64,000 bases of DNA, taken from positions 89,962,001 through 90,026,000 of the forward strand of contig OX597822.1 of the NCBI GenBank assembly GCA_951406725.2. Direction: 5' to 3'. Shown here piece after piece: positions 62,901 through 64,000 of the stretch. The position numbers and the translations under genes were made by a program. Below the pieces are notes generated by a model that saw only the letters and a program-made list of their open reading frames with translations, was not told where the DNA came from and ran no database searches. Every line of letters starts with the position of its first letter. Position 1 is the first letter of the stretch. The DNA is from Octopus vulgaris (Eukaryota).

Positions 62901-63429
62901 CTGTAAAATTCAAAAAGAAAAAATATTTGTTTTACTTCATAAACTAAAAGACAATACATCACATTTCATCATATTTCTTAGAAATATATTATTAAATATA
63001 CCTTAAAGTATTTCCATTCTTGAGCTTTTTTCTCACCATCACACGTGTGCAGGGTAGGCTTATCTCCAGTCTGGAAAATTTGAAGACACCCAGTCTCCCT
63101 CCGAAGTTCATTTTTTAAACTTAAAGAGAAAATCTACAAAAAGAATATTAAGAAGAAATATGAAATGAAAACCAATTTATAACCAATGTTTGCAGCAATC
63201 GGCCCACCCATACATGTTATATACAACAAATAACATGTTCAGCTGAAATGAGTTAAATATAAAAATGAGTTTAACAAAATATAATATGTTTCGTTTTGTT
63301 CAAAGTCACTTCAAAAACAAGAAAATTGTAGTAAAGCTGCATGACAGTGGTGTCAGACATGGCATGCAGACCATCATACAACTTGTTTGATATCGAGTTT
63401 TTATTCTTCTCTTCCATTTTATGAATTCA

Positions 63430-64000
63430 GTGTGCCAACTCAGCCAAAGACCTAGGCTGCGTTCCCCCAACGGGTGCTATCCGCCTTGGACGACCTGGCC
63501 CAAAACCTAGGCTCATCAAGTTGTCTTTTACGGACCCCACTGAGGCAACCTCTTACCATCTGGCCTCAGTTAAAGCTGGGCGGGAAAATCGGACCACCTT
63601 CCGAACACGCCCAGGCTTACCGTCCGATGTACGTCCGAAGCTACGTGTAGTGGCTTCCCTGAATAGGAACTCAGCTCTACAGGAAAGCTTCAGTCTTCGG
63701 AAGATGGACAAATCTGGAGATTTGTCAAGACTGCTGAAACGTGGAAGAGAGATACCAGCTGGTCTGAGTGCTCTCTACCCACCATAACTAAAAAGACTAC
63801 AGCAACTCAGGGAAACTAAACCAGAACAACCTGCCATCCTCTACACACCATCATAAACTGCGAGCAGGGTACAAATTGTTGTCCTTAAATGCTCGCAGTT
63901 TATGCAACAAAATACATTTGTTCAACGCCTACGTCAGAAGTGTTGACCCTGACTTCATCACTGTCACGGAAACATGGGCGCATTCCTTACTCTGTGATGG
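63430..64000 (+). mobile_element. CR1/L2-group LINE (ORF1 C-terminus and start of ORF2 AP-endonuclease) in the GALNT-like intron
   Basis: ORF1 IRLGRPGPKPRLIKLSF; ORF2 LLSLNARSLCNK...PDFITVTETW. Confidence 0.8.

Overview
AT-rich, repeat-dense animal genomic DNA, most likely octopus (inferred from the tRNA-SINE and RTE families and the heavy (TA)n/(CA)n load). There are two host genes, both on the minus strand: (1) the last exon of a probable polypeptide GalNAc-transferase (ricin-B C-terminus, 62769-62900), and (2) five phase-compatible exons (28873 to 11492) encoding one FN3 domain, a transmembrane helix and an L1CAM/neuroglian-type tail that lacks the FIGQY ankyrin-binding motif. No Ig or further FN3 exons were found upstream. 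The rest is RTE and CR1 LINEs, mariner and Gypsy relics, Helitron/Helentron-like elements, MITEs, tRNA-SINEs and several Penelope-like retroelements (PLEs). The main hidden signal is 16 type-I hammerhead-ribozyme-like motifs (about one per 4 kb) from several unrelated families, many in TA-flanked pLTR fragments and in inverted arrangements. They include a short element that joins a tRNA (Pol III) head to a hammerhead tail, a candidate Penelope-mobilised SINE. All coordinates and pairings were read by eye; exon and ribozyme limits were counted, and TE boundaries are approximate.
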